From assembly GCF_963921235.1 (NCBI RefSeq), contig NC_086097.1:74896001-74960000 (forward strand): a DNA stretch of 64,000 nucleotides, written 5' to 3'. Shown here one piece after another: positions 13,501-27,249 of this stretch. Under the pieces are notes generated by a model that saw only the letters and a list, made by a program, of their open reading frames with translations, searched no databases and was not told where the DNA came from. The translations under genes and the position numbers were made by a program. The number at the start of each line of letters is the position of its first letter. Within the stretch, counting starts at the first letter, position 1. The DNA is from Mobula hypostoma. Taxonomy: Eukaryota.

Positions 13501-16500
13501 GAGTTAAGTCATGGGATGGGGGTGCTGGACGAGGCGCACACTTTGCGAAGAAAAACACAGATTAAATCTGAATACATTTTGCTAAAAGACAATCTTTTTA
13601 ACGTGTAATTCGTTCGAGCATGAAATATATGTTCTCGCGAAGTCTGACATGTTTCTTTTACAGTTGTTAGATATTTAAAAAATATCGCCAAGCGGATTAC
13701 AAAAAGAGGAGAACGGCATCGGCACGCTTCTAAAACGTATTTTGGTGGAATTGGAAAAAGATACGAGGGTTAAATTGTGTTTCAGCAAGTTGAATAGGTT
13801 TCAAAGATTCAAGGAAACTATTGTGGTCCAGTGCACATAATTGATCAAACATGAAACATTATTAAACACAAGGTTGTGTCATTTCATTCTACAATTAAGG
13901 ACTTGAATACAGTACACAAAAGTATAAATGAAAAGGGATTTATAGATGAGAGTTATTACTTAAGCTGTTTAGATAATTTCCCCGTGGTACCTAATAGCAA
14001 AAGGAACAATGCGCACTGAAAAAAAAAACAATTTTGATTTTGTTAGTTATTGAGATTAAGACAATGCGGAACATAGTTTTTTTTTATCTGTGCCTGCCAG
14101 TCTTTATAAAAACCTGAGTTTTAGCGTAATCTGAGCCTGGAGCGAGAGCGGGAAGCGTATGGTGTGAGTCCACTCCTACAAGATGTGTTTTACAATATGG
14201 CCTCTGCTACAAGGTGCTGCAAGCGAATGCTCGGTCCTCTCTACACTAATGTACATCTGCATTCCCCTTTTGCTTATCGAGAGGCCACCTCACCAGACCT
14301 TATCTAAGCTCTGGCTCTTCATAAATGTATTCTTTTTTTAATAGTCACCCCTTGAACCGATTGTCGGTATTCACAATGTTGTTCGTAAATTAAGATCATA
14401 CTGAACATGAAGGAGGACTTTCATTAGTTCAATATAGTATGGTCAAATAAATGTGAAGTGCGTAGGCCTGCACCAAGCGTATGTGTCGACTTCGCGATTT
14501 GGCAATTGGGAAAAGCAGAAAAAGGCGAGGCAATGGAATTGATGGAACCTTTTTTCAGGAATAAAGGAAGCCACCGTCGTACAGCCATCCAGATGCCGAC
14601 CGTGCAATTCCGCCATCACTTGGCGGCTGGGGACAAGAGTTACGTGTTGCGATCTGATCCTACTTTGCAGTACATTTCACACCCAACGTTCCAATTCGGG
14701 GCTTGTTTTTTTAAAACTTCCTACCAAAGAATAGCACTTGACCCATCACAAGCGCAAAAAAAACTCCCAGAGAAAGAAAGGCAAGGACTGAGAGTTGCGG
14801 TTGTAACGCCACCCAAGGCGATAAGATTCCTCGAAAGCACATGTGCAACTGGGAAGAACATCATACCTCCGCGCGGCGCGGGCCTCAATGATAGAGAAAG
14901 AGTAGCTGCGGTGGCCATCTCACTATGCCTGCAAGTGCCGCGCTGCAAGGCCACGTGTTGTAATCTGGCGAGGAGAGTGAGTAGAAGAGGCGGGGGAGCG
15001 AGTGGAGGTGCTGAACGTGAGGTACCTTGCAATGTACGCGCGCGTTGCTGTACATTGGGTTTATAATTGTGGTGGAATTGGTTCACAGGGTATTCCAGCG
15101 TTGCGCCTTTATATGGGAGAGTATTGGAGATAACTTGTGCTTTTTTGAACCTTACCTTCGTTCTTCCTTCACAGCCTACTTAGTCAATACGTGTTTTTTT
15201 TAGCTGTGGTTATCGGCGGCAGCCAAATATTACCATTTTGATAGTGTCCAATTTTCTTGAGAAAGGCGTGAGTCACACGCCTGCACAAAGCTGATGGTGG
15301 CTTGAAAAATACATGTTTCCAGAGACTGGGGACACGAGAAATTATTCTGATTCACTCTTTTGCTGAGTTTCAAATAGATGTTAATACACCTACAGTATGA
15401 TCCAACGATTTGATGAAGAACTGGAGCTTATTTTTTAATGTGGTGTAAAACCTCGGCGAAGTGTTTTTCGTCCTTCCCACTCGGATCAGTGCAATTCCAA
15501 ATTCACACATACCATTAGCGGTGCAACTAAGCAGTGTGCCGTTGCGTTGCAGGTGATGTGTCCGCATGGGTTGTTGATGTCAGTGATAGAGCAGATCAAA
15601 CCCAGGAATGTTGGGGGTTCATGTACAGACGACAGACTGTCTTCAACACGTCTGCAAAGGTGGAGTTGCAATTTACTGAGAAACCCAAAATGAGTTTAAA
15701 AAAATGGTTGCTATACCTTAATGGTTAAAAAAAATCCAATTGCTCCTTTCAGAAAAGTTCCAACATCATTCCACACATGGCACAATACAATTTCTATAGC
15801 CGTTTTAACCTAGAAACTGAGAATGGGTTTAAGTGAAACCAGCAGTATAGTTTATTTTACTTCATATGAAAATGACATAAATTTAAATGGAGATGGGTGG
15901 TGGTTCTTAAGGTAAATTTATTTACAGCAATCTGTGCTTGTGTATTTTTGATAAAGCTGCAACAATAATAAAACAAGGTTGGATTTTAGTTTGTTAGACA
16001 TTAAAGTTATTTGTGACTGTTTACAATAGAGAAGGCTATTCAGTCATCATTGACTAGTGGAGGCTTGCTCTTCTTTGTTTTTAAAGATTTTTGTGCTATG
16101 AAAATGCCATGCTGATAATTAAAGATTTTTCATCGCTGGATGAGAATTTAGTATCTGTCCCCACGATGTAAATCTCATCTGTGAATTTCATATAATCACA
16201 TAATCCCTGCAAGTTCACTGGCAACATGATGCTGTTCTAATCAATTTTTTTCTGAAAGTCACAGACCAAGGTATTATATTGTCAACCACCTGTAGGCATC
16301 TTCAGATCAAAACTAATAATTGATAAGAGTATAAAAAGATTCAGAATTATTGGACAGGGTATCTGTAAACCATACGTTACAGGAAAATGAAGTAACTTGC
16401 ACATACTTAACTTTTGTTTAAAATGAACTTTGTTTAATATACAGTAAGCTCAAAGTTGCTGTAGGAACAGTGATTAGTTGCCTAAGTATGAGTTAATGCC

Positions 16501-18150
16501 CAACTATGATCCCTTAATCCTGTTATTGTACAAATATTGTTTATTTTTGTTAATTTGTAGTAATAAAACTGGGCAGAATACCAAATTAATGGGGATTAAA
16601 ATGAAAGTAGTACAAATACTAAAAATCCTTTTGTATCCATGATTCATGTAACATTGGATATTGAGATATTGGAATTATTTAACCTCTCTATCAGTTTTAA
16701 AAATCACCTCCTAGTGGCTCTTTTTAATTTTAGAGAGCCAAATCTACTAAAATGTGTCAAATTAGCTGGGGATTGCCATTCAGAAATAAAATTGCAGCCA
16801 GTTTCCCATATATTTACAAATCAAACGGAGATGAGTTTGGAGCTGGGGGTAAAAGGTAAATATCATAACAATACATAAGAATAGCTACATATTAGATTAT
16901 TTACAATAGACAATTTGAATTATGCAATAAACGTTCATGTTAAAGTGTACCATAAAATGTACTAATTCTCCCTCACAATTGAGGGTTTGTAGTGCTTATT
17001 GTTAATTGTAAGCCAGATCTTTAGAAATGTTAAATGTACAAGTTAGGGTATATAGATATTCACTCTTACTTACATTAATATGTAATGACAAGCTTCAATC
17101 TAAAACAACTGCAAAATATCAATATACTGGCAATTTGGCATATAGTTTTCCCCACAAAACAATACTGATAGCCACATCATGTCTATTCCAAGCACAAATG
17201 TAGCAACTTTTGGAAGTAACGAGTAGACCAAATCTAAAGATATGTAAACACCTGATTAGCATTTTGATATTTATAAATCAGTTGAGAAAATGTCAGGATT
17301 GGTATCCTGATAAAGCTGTTATAGGTCTTGAATTCAATCTTGGTCATATTTTGCAAGGTAAAGTTGTTATAGGTTGACAACCTACCCACCCTATCACTTC
17401 TTCAAAGTATTGGATTTACGGATACAATCCATGCAAGGAAAAGCATTAAAAGTGGTCCATTTGGGAGCTATATTTCTTGGTTTATGTATTAATGCTATTT
17501 CATGATCAGATCATAATGGGAATTTAATAGTGAAAGTAATTATTACATATTCCATGTGACATAACCTAGCTATCATTGGTTAGTCTGAGTTGACTAAGAT
17601 ACCAGCTACGCCAATTATTAAGGATAGATTTGACAGTGAAGATTTTTTGCATGGATTGTAGGTTGCATTTGAAGTAAGGTTTCTCCTCATTCCTGATTCT
17701 GATAATATTTGTTTTTGCCTGTCTCATCTATTCTGTTCTAAATATTAATTTACTGTAAATGACATAGCTATAAAGATTAATTGTCATTCAGCTGGATGCA
17801 GTTCCAACACATTTTAATCAATGTAAGCAACGTGATATTTTTAAACTACTCACTCTGAACCTGTTACATTATGCATTTGATTGGATGCACTATCAATTTC
17901 AACATGCAGTTACACTCTATGTGGCATCCATAAATTAGTTTGTAGACAGAAGACCTTGTTTCAGCTTGGTCTAGTTGGTGGTACTTTTACTTCTGAGACA
18001 GAGAATGCTGGGAGGGGCATGTGCATATTTAAACTCCAGTTTGACCTAATAATCTAGTCCATTGTGGTTGTGAAAAATGCAGCATTTTAAGAGGTTGTCT
18101 TTCAGTGTAGTGATGAATTGGACCCGCCTGCTTGATTGGATTGCATGCAC

Positions 18151-19015
18151 CTAGCTGGCTGAGTGGTGCCACAACAACAACCTCTCACTTAATGTCAGCA
18201 AGACCAAGGAGCTGATTATTGACTTGAGAAGGAGGAAATTGGAGGTCCACAAATCAATCTTCTTTGGGGGATCAGAGGCGGAGAGGGTTAGCAGATTTAA
18301 ATTCCTCAGTGTTATATTTTCAGTGGATCTGTCCTGGGTCCAGAACCTAAGTGCCATTACAAAGAAAGCACAGCAGCACCTCTACTTTCTTAGAAGTTTG
18401 CGACGACTCGGCACGTCATCCAAAATTTTGACAAACTTCTAGAGATATATTGACTGGTTGCATCATGAACTGGTAATGAAATACCAATGCCCTTGAACAG
18501 AAAAGTCTACAAGAAGTAGTCGATATGGCCCAGTCCATCGCGGGTAAAGCCCACCCCACCATTGAGCATATCTACACCGAGTGCTGTCACAGGAAAGATG
18601 CATCCATCATCAAAGACCGCTATCATACAGGCCATGCTGTCTTCTCGCTGCTGCCACCGGAAAGAAGGTACTGGAGCCTCAGGACCCACATGCCAGGTTC
18701 AGGAACAGTCATTGCCCCTCAACCAGAGGGAATAAATTCACTGCCCCATCACTGAGTTGTTCCCACAACCTATAGACTCACATTCAAGGACTCTTCACCT
18801 CATGTCTTCAATATATATTATTATTGTTCTTTCTTTCCATATTTGCAGTTTGTCGTCTTTTGCACATTGATTATTTGTCTGTCCTGTTGGGTGTGGACTT
18901 TAATTGATTCTATGTGTTTTTTGTATTTACTATGAATGCTCACAAGAAATTGAATCTCAGGGTTGTACATGATGACATCTCTGTACTTTGGTAATAAATT
19001 TACTCTGAACTTTGT
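18151..19015 (+). mobile_element. 5'-truncated Rex1/Babar-type non-LTR retrotransposon
   Basis: WCHNNNLSLNVSKTKELIID and KAQQHLYFLRSLRR peptides; 3' tail aataaatttactctgaactttg. Confidence 0.85.
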
Positions 19016-19581
19016 TCTAAAAGATTCCTTCAGGTTATGTGAAGACTGTAGCATCTTTCCAGGTTTCCAGCCAAAATTTATCAGGTTAACTGATGATCTT
19101 TTTTATTCTTGAAATGGGAGTTATTGTATCCAATGTTTTCTTTCAGGCAATGCATTTAATCTAATTTTCATTGATAATTCCAGGAATTTGATAGTAAGAA
19201 GCTCAGCGATGATGGTGATATTGTAAGGCAGAAGGTCAAGGACAGGTGAGTTTTTTTTTACTGAAGTTAATTACTTCTTGGCATTTTGGTGTTCTGAAGA
19301 TTACTTACTATTCATCAACCAAACTTAACAATGACTTACCTGGTTATAACCAAAATGAAGCAAACAAGAAATGTGAGGTAATCTCTCAAATGGGCTGCTA
19401 AATGAATGGGATATTGAATTCAGATAAAAGGAAAAGAGAGTGATTGGAGGATTATGACATGTAGTGTTCTCATCGATCTGTGCTGAGACTCCAACTCTTC
19501 ACCAAATGTAGATGACTCAAACTAATGATTGGGGCTGTATATGCAAATTTTGGTGAGATTATCTTGGTGGCATGGTTTAGA

Positions 19582-20127
19582 CATTTAGTGGTCACTTTGC
19601 TAGGTACCTCCTTTACCTAATGAAATGGTCTCTGAATGTATGTATGTGGCCTTCTGCTGCTGTAGCCCATCCAATTCAAGATTCGACGTACTGTGCATTC
19701 AGAGACGCTGTAACATCACTTGGTTATCTAAGTTATTGTTGCCTTCCTGTCAGCTTGAACTAGTCTGGTCTTTCTCCTCTGAGCTCTCTCATTGACAAGA
19801 TGTTTTTGCCCACAGAAACGCTGCTCACTAAATGTTTTTTTGTTTCTTGCACCATAAACTCTAGAGACTGTTGTGTGTGAAAATCTCAGGAGATCAGCAG
19901 TGTCTAAGATACTCAAACCATCCTATCTGGCACCAATAATCATTCATAGTCAAAGTCACTCAGCTCATATTTCTTCCACGTTCTGATGTTTGGTCTGAAC
20001 AACAAGTGAACCTCTTGACCACGTCAGCATGCTTTTATTCATTGAGTTACTGCCAATGATTGGCTGATTAGAAATTTGCAATTGCAAGCAGAAGTACAGG
20101 TATTCCTAATAAAGTGGCCACTGACTA
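19582..20127 (-). mobile_element. internally deleted Tc1-like DNA transposon
   Basis: Inverted termini (agtggtcactttgctaggtac / gtattcctaataaagtggccactg); N-terminal HTH remnant TADLLRFSHTTVSRVY...RLVQADRKAT. Confidence 0.85.
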
Positions 20128-20403
20128 TATTTATGAATGTGAAAATATGAAGCAAACAGGCAACATGAATGCACAAAATCATGGCAGGTGGAGACTAGTA
20201 AGATCATCCTGTTAAAGATCAAATTTGATATTATTTTTCAAAAATGAGAAACAGGAAAGTGAAGAGGAAAAAAGGAGCTTAGCTGACCTTGGATTTTGAT
20301 CACATTTAACTAGGGTAAAGATTCAAGAATAGCTAACAGAATGTTGGTCTTTATGTTGAGATGTTAGAGTTTACAAGTGAGGGAGTTGTAGTTATAGTGT
20401 CAC

Positions 20404-20760
20404 AGAAATAAAACAGCGCAGAAATAGGCCTTCTAGCTGAACAACTCCATGCCCACCATCAACCACCTAGTTACACAAATTTATGTTAATTCAGTTTTTT
20501 ATATTCTCCTTACTTTCTTATCAACACTCACCAAATTCTACCATTCACCTAATTATGAAGGGCAATTTACAGTGGGCAATTAACCTACTAGCAGCCAGCA
20601 TACGCTGGCCAGCCAAGAAGTGGGGCATCCACTTGGAGATCCGTCTGGAGAAAATCGTTGTGGTCACAGGGGGAAAGTGCAAGCTCCACACAGAGCACCC
20701 AAGGTCAAAGTTAAACCCAAATCTCTATGACGGTGAATTGGCAGCACCACTGTTACACCC
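20404..20760 (-). mobile_element. decayed tRNA-derived SINE (HE1/V-SINE-like)
   Basis: Resembles the copies at 39030-39250 and 53140-53935 (ggcaatttacagtgggcaattaacctacta...tgcaagctccacacag). Confidence 0.55.
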
Positions 20761-21059
20761 AAGTTGTTCATTAGTTATACTGATCTTTGGTTATGTTCCA
20801 TCAGGGAAGAAATTTTGATCCGTGTTAACCACCTGCAAAGGATGGATAATCTCAGCGTGGTCCAAGGTAACAAACATGAACGAGGAGTCCAGCGTGTACA
20901 TGTGCATTTACCTTCCTTTTCACATCTATTAATTTTGAGTGAATACCTCGTCTTGAAGAGAAAGGATACTTTGAATATGTTTAAAACAAGACTGAACAGT
21001 GCATGAAACCTTATTTCTGTTCATCAGCTGCAACATGGCTCTCTGATTGTAACAGTAAA

Positions 21060-21220
21060 GTTGTTGTCATTGTTCCTCTCCACGCCTTGTGGCGCCTTGG
21101 GTGGCCATTGCCGTTTCTAGCTCGACACTCAACCCAGCATGATGGAAAGCGTGTAAGGAATCGGCCAGAGTTGAACCCGGGACCACTCGCCTCGAAGTCC
21201 GGTGCGGATACCAGTACCCT
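21060..21220 (-). mobile_element. short tRNA-derived SINE with RTE-like (AAC)n tail
   Basis: Minus-strand B-box-like ccgggttcaactctgg; same family as 46819-46973. Confidence 0.65.
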
Positions 21221-21817
21221 GCTAACACTAATGTACATTCTCCCAATTTCAGAAAGTGTTTTTAGTAGCGTCATTACAAACCAGGAGTCATCTCAGCGTC
21301 CCTTTAAGGACACCTTCAGATTTGGCTGCTGATTGTGGATTTGCCCTCAATCCTTGCTGCATTCACTTACTTCCAGCTCCAGCACTTCTTTGTCCTCTGT
21401 CTCCACTCAGTTGATACCATGCCTGAACCTTTCTCTGTCATAGCTCCAATTTGCAGTGTGCCCCTTCCCAATGTACAGGGCTGCTCTTCCTTGTTGGTTC
21501 ATTTCCCGGCCAGTGACCTGTAGCTTTCTCAGTCACATGGCTAATCTTCCTCCTTACCCTACACTCCCTCCCACTGTCTCTAGCTCCACCAAATAGCCCC
21601 ATTCTGCAGCTGCTTCCTCCACAATCAATGGCCAGATTTGACCTCCACTAGACTTTGTCTGCACCCTAACCTCTACTTAGTCCCCTCCCTCCTGCAGGTT
21701 ACTTCCTCCTGCATTTATGTTATCCCCAAACCCCTCTATACACACTCACAGCATCACAGCTAACGATCTGGCCTGAAAAGGTGCAGTTCATTTTGTCTGA
21801 ATATCACGTCCTGTATC

Positions 21818-24800
21818 TAAGCTGATTTTTATATCATTTCCTGCATAGATTAATTTGGATTTCAACTTGAAGCACACGGTGGAAAGAAATCCATCCCCAT
21901 CTTCGGCATCATCCGGGGTCTGGAGATGGGTCTGAACACCGTATACGACAATGTCAGCTTCAACCCAAGCAACATTCATCACTGAGACCTGAACGTCAGG
22001 TCAGAATGTGATGCGATGCTCAAACCAATCCATAATTAGCATAGTCATAGCACGAGGCTGTGGCAGAGCAGAAATGTGAAGTTGAGATGCAAACGGAGAA
22101 AGCTTACATAGACATGGAGAAAACACTGATAGATATAGAGAGAATGCACTTAGGGGCTACATTAACTGTGCCCAGAGAAGAGCGTGAAGCTGAGGCAAAT
22201 ATGAATGAAGTAGCAGCTGATTTATTCAGTGGCAAGTCTACAGCCAGAATCAGTCATGTTCTGCCAACAACAGCCAGTGCAACGTACTAAAAAATATGTC
22301 CAAACGCATTTTGGCTAAAAAAAAGGCAGTGCTCCAGGTCTAGCAAGAAGTTGTCTGCACCACGCAGCCAACTTGCCGTTCACTTAGCCCAGGTGTTGAT
22401 AGTCAAGGTTTACCGCAGCAAACACCCACAACATCCCAGCAGTGGTTTCACTTCAGCAAAAACCCAGGCTGAGAGTTAGGACTGATACAAACCCCATCTG
22501 CACAGACATGGACAAACTGAACCTCCATCTATCCCAGGACACACGTTTGGCAAACCAGTCTCAACCATGCCCTCATTCATGAACCGCAGTTGCATTAAGT
22601 TTGGCTTAGTATTGTGTCTCGTCAGGACTAAAAGTGTTTGACAACCAGCCTGCCAGTTACCTATCCTGGAAGTCAAGCTTTCACAATGCTGTGGAACACG
22701 ATGTTCCCTCTAAGATTTGCACGTGTGCACGCACACCCATCTTTGCTACTAGCACACAAAAGGTTGTCACCATCAACCCCTTTGGCTTGTTAAGTATATT
22801 TTAAGATTGTACGCAATCACATTTCCTTTTCCGGATTCTGATGCGGACTGTGTTGACATCGTGGAATTTGCGAAGATCTGTCTGCAGATTTTAAAACTGG
22901 CTTATTTATACTGTTTTTATTTGAAGAAGTTAGTCAGTGCACACGTTGTTGTCACTGGGTTAAAAATTGCACAGCACAAGATCATTATAAATTTGAGGGA
23001 ACATTTTTGCGGTGGAAAGACTAAGTCTCAAACCTAGCAAAGAGCTAGATCTCCTCTGCAAGTTTCTTGATGGGAGTCACTGTGACATACAAAAGGTAGG
23101 ACAGTTCACATTAATAATCTGGCTATGGGTTTGTTAATGTTGTGGACAACTGTTGGACAAATGTTATGGCTGTCCAGTGGCAATCAAAGAGTAGCTCTTC
23201 AGCAGACTCAATAAATTTCCAAAGTTCTCACACAAAGAGCCATGGAAGTTACTGGAGCTTGCAGATCTGTTGCTGGAACTGCAAGCCACAAAAAACGAGA
23301 TTTAACTACTAGGACTGAGTTACTTGGATGTAGCGAGAGGGATGAATCCTATAGTGGAGAACCTACTGAATAACTTGCTAGAGCATTGGATAACTGAAGG
23401 TTTTGTGTATGAAGTGAAGAAGCTTCATGTCCACTATCCACCACTTTCACTCTTTGTGGAATTTATCTGCCACCACGCAGAAATGCAAAATAACCCTAGT
23501 TTTATGCTCCAAGTTCTGGTAACACGTCATTCAAAGAAAGGTCCCCAGCAAAACACGGAAAACAAAAACTCCAATCCCAATCAGCAAAACTGAAGTAGAA
23601 TACTGTCACGGATCCTGATAGACAATGCCCTGTGCATATGAAATCTCATTCCTTAAGGGAATGCAGAAGATTCAGAGAGAGCCCTCTTGCAGACCAGTGA
23701 TGCATTCTAAAAGAGCACTTCATGTGTTTCAAATCTGCTTCAACAGCACACCATGCAACAGACTGTAAAGCTATCATACACTGCACTGAGCGCAGCAGTG
23801 ACTAACATGTATCAGCACCTTGGGCTACAGCACACCTACAGCAGAGCACAGTGGCGAGCCAGCTGAGCATTCATCAAACGTAGCTACTTCCTCATGCACA
23901 GAGGAATGTGGGAAAGGCTTCCAAGGCAAATCCTAAAATAAGTCTAGATAGCATCTACCCGAAGGGATATCCTGAGCAAAAAATAAAAGCTTATGTGATT
24001 CTAGATGATCAGGCCAATGTGTCGTTGGCAAAGGCAACATACTTTTGACTCACTCAGTATTCAAAATTCCGTTTCCCTGTACACTCTAAAGACATGTTCT
24101 GGAACATCAGAAGTTGCCAGAAAAAGAGCCGGAGGATTTGTCACAGAGTCAATAAGAGGGGAGGTCTGCTATCTCTGCCAACCCTCATTGACTGCAACCA
24201 TATTCCCAACAAGAAGAATAAAATCCCAACTTCTGAAGCTGCATGCGGTCATTCACATCTTAAAGACATAGATGGCAAGATCCCCCTACTTGACTCTTCT
24301 GCTGAGATTCTCCTGTTGCTTGGCAGAGACACCATCTGTGCGCAGAAGGTATGTGAACCGTGCAGTGGTTGGTATGATACACGTCATGACCAGCAATTAG
24401 ACCTGGGTTGGGTCACAGTGGATAAAGTCTGCCTTGATGGTGCTCTTCAGCCCACTACCAGCACATTTAAGACTAATGTCCTGGAGAATGGGCACCCAAA
24501 TCATTTCAGACCCTATGAGAATAGAATCTGTATGAAAGCAAAGATTGTAGCTAAACAAACTAAACCCCCTGACATACTTAGCTCTGCTCAATCAGATTTA
24601 GGCAAGCTGGTCTTCCGTCATTCAGAAGATGACTATAAGCTGGCACCTTCCATCAAAGATCAGATCTTGAAATCATAAACAAAGAGTTTAGCAAAGAGGA
24701 GTCAGACGGTTGGGTAGCTTCCCTTTCTTTCTGGTGTCGAAGACAAACTCCTACCAAACAACAGAGAACAGGCCATTAGTTTACTCATGATCCTCAGTCA

Positions 24801-25860
24801 CACATTGAGGAGGAAACCAGAAATGAAGGATCATTATGTGGAGTTCATGGAGAAACTGTTCTGGAACAATCATGCTGAGTTTTTAGTCTCCACCAGATCC
24901 CGACAAAGAAAACTGGTGTTTGCCCAACTTCAGTGTTTACCGCCCCAGAAACCTGCACAACTACAGATTGTCTTTGATTCCAGCGTACAGTTCAAAGGTG
25001 TATCACTGAACAATGTGCTTTTGGAGGCTCTAGTCCTCAATAACAGTTTACTTCTCCATCGCAGTGATAGCAGATACTGTACAAATATTCCACAACTTAT
25101 TTATGAGAGAGGATCATCAAATCTTCCTTAGATTCTTGTGGTTTCATGACCACCAACTGGAGAATGAGATTCTGGGGTACTGTATGAGAGTTCATGTATT
25201 TCGTAGCTGTCCCTCACCAGCTGTGCAAACTATGGCTTTAAAATGACAGCTATCGAGGGAGAGAAGGAATTCTGGATTGAAGCACAAAGGAACATAGAGA
25301 GGCATTTCTGTGTGGATAATGGTTTTAAGTCATTTTCTAATGCAGGAGAAGCAGTCAGTGTGCTAATTTCCTTTACGTAAACTGTTTTTTATATAATTTC
25401 CAGCGCAGATAAATTTGGATTTCAGCTTGAAGCACACAGTGGACAGACTTCCATCTCCATCCACTCTTCATTTGTCCTTGAAACAGCAATATCTGTGGGT
25501 TTTAAGCTTTGTTAATACCAGTAAATATTCAGTAGATTCTGTATGTTTTGAAGGAAGTACTATGTTTATCGCTTATTGTTACTAAGAAATCATTGCGCTA
25601 AGAATTTTGTCTTGTTTAAAAGGCATAGCTATGGAGTGTTGTGAATGTGTGTTATAACTTGTATAACATGGATTGTGAGAATAATTTGCAGTATTAGTAT
25701 ATTCAGGTACATGATGATTCTGTATTGAATTCAATACATATTTTACTTAACTTTCTGCTGTTTCACAAATAAGATCTCATTAAAAATCTTGAAGGAAGCT
25801 TCTGTCTCGGCTGATTTGAGAAGGTCTTTAACTCACTGCATAGCCTTGTATATTCACACT
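21818..25860 (+). mobile_element. degenerate BEL/Pao LTR retrotransposon (gag-protease-RT, 3' part deleted)
   Basis: Gag Cys/His cluster DPDRQCPVHMKSHSLREC...CFK (23610-23820); protease KAYVILDDQANVSLA (23986-24030); LLLGRD; RT IVFDSS, FLRFLWF, MRVHVF, FCVDNG; many stops and frameshifts. Confidence 0.85.
22697..23007. mobile_element. hAT-like MITE inserted into the BEL gag
   Basis: TIR atgttccctc...gagggaacat; flanked by tgctgtggaa (22687-22696) and tgcggtggaa (23008-23017). Confidence 0.7.
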
Positions 25861-26229
25861 GCAAGGGCAGTGGAGCTAATGTCACCCCAGCCCTCAGCTA
25901 TCTGACATCTGTTTGTCAGGGATAGCCTGTTAAGATCCTAGCCATGGCCTCAACATTAACTTTCCAGTCTGACTACTGGACAGTCTGTTCCTTTTTGCTT
26001 CTATTGTTAGATGAAATATAAATTTTAAAAATGAATGTGTGGTCTGGGTTTTAAATATGGATGGATCCCAACTTCTGGGTTTCCTGTGTTTTCAGCTCTT
26101 TTGACTCCCATATTTTCTTCCTGCCCACGCTGGGGAATACAATTCAGGGGTCTCAAATTTTGAAAGCAAGTTGCCACCTGATTAGTTTTATTCCCTGAAA
26201 GCAAAACGTTGAGTTCACAAGTCATCAAT

Positions 26230-26560
26230 GATAATTTGATTCAATAGGAGGATGCAAACAATGTTTTCACCAGCTGAGAGAATCTGCAATAAAGGAGTAC
26301 TATCCTAAAATTTGAGAAAGGCCATTTACAGGTGTGATCAGGAACCACTTTTGTGTATAAGAGGTACTGGAAATTTAGAACTCTCTTCAATAATAAAATG
26401 GCCAGTGTTTTTGAAATTTATTGACTCATATTGATTTTTTGTGAAGTGAGGATATCAAGGGTATGGTGAAGAAGATAAATGAAAATGAGGTCCAATTAGG
26501 CAATGATCTGATTAAATAGTGGAATGGGACTGAAGGCTTGAATGGCTTGTTCCTCTTCCT
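26230..26560 (+). mobile_element. old CR1 LINE 3' end
   Basis: Tail atgatctgattaaatagtggaatgggactgaaggcttgaatggc resembles the tail at 36620-36690. Confidence 0.6.
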
Positions 26561-27249
26561 TTGTAATTTATGTGATAATGCAACAAGAATAGCCATAAAA
26601 GCTTCTTCCTTGTTGTGGAAAGACAAATGGTTCATTAATTTCCTTTGTTAGGGAGACTGTCACCCACTAAATTGTCTAGCCTTCTTGATTCCAATCCCAA
26701 AATATATGATGGAGTTGTAATGCTTTCAAAATAGTCTGGCACATCACCCAACTGTAAACAATTGCTTCAAAGTTCAATAATCTAATTTGATGTTTATGGG
26801 ACCTTGCTGTACATAAACATTGGCAATTTGCCTGCAAAGCAGCTACAGCATTAATTATGCATCCCTTAGTATCTTCCTATTGATCTGCTCACATGAGGAT
26901 ACCTTGCTTAGAAATGCCATTAAATAAAACAAGCTTTTTAAAGACCGATTTAATTTATTTATTGAAAATGACAGAAAGGGGCAATATGGAAAGAAAACCC
27001 CAAAGTTGCAATGTTTCCTAATTGCTTAGTTCCGTTCCTTCCTTTCACCTCGTGTTTTTGTGGCTTTGCATCCTTTCCTGTAGCATGTTTTCCATCTGTG
27101 GTCTAAGACAAGCACCCTTCTCACACTTCTTTTACTCTGATATTGTTAACAGTGCTTCAGGTGTTGCATTCAAAAGTGTTGCATAGATAATCCATCTCAG
27201 ATTTATCCTGAATCCCCACCATCACTGAAGCCACTGTGCAGCCAAATTG

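Noticed and set aside
14458-15066. 202-aa ORF
   Set aside because: GTG start, no recognisable domain, lies in a GC-rich patch where long ORFs arise by chance.
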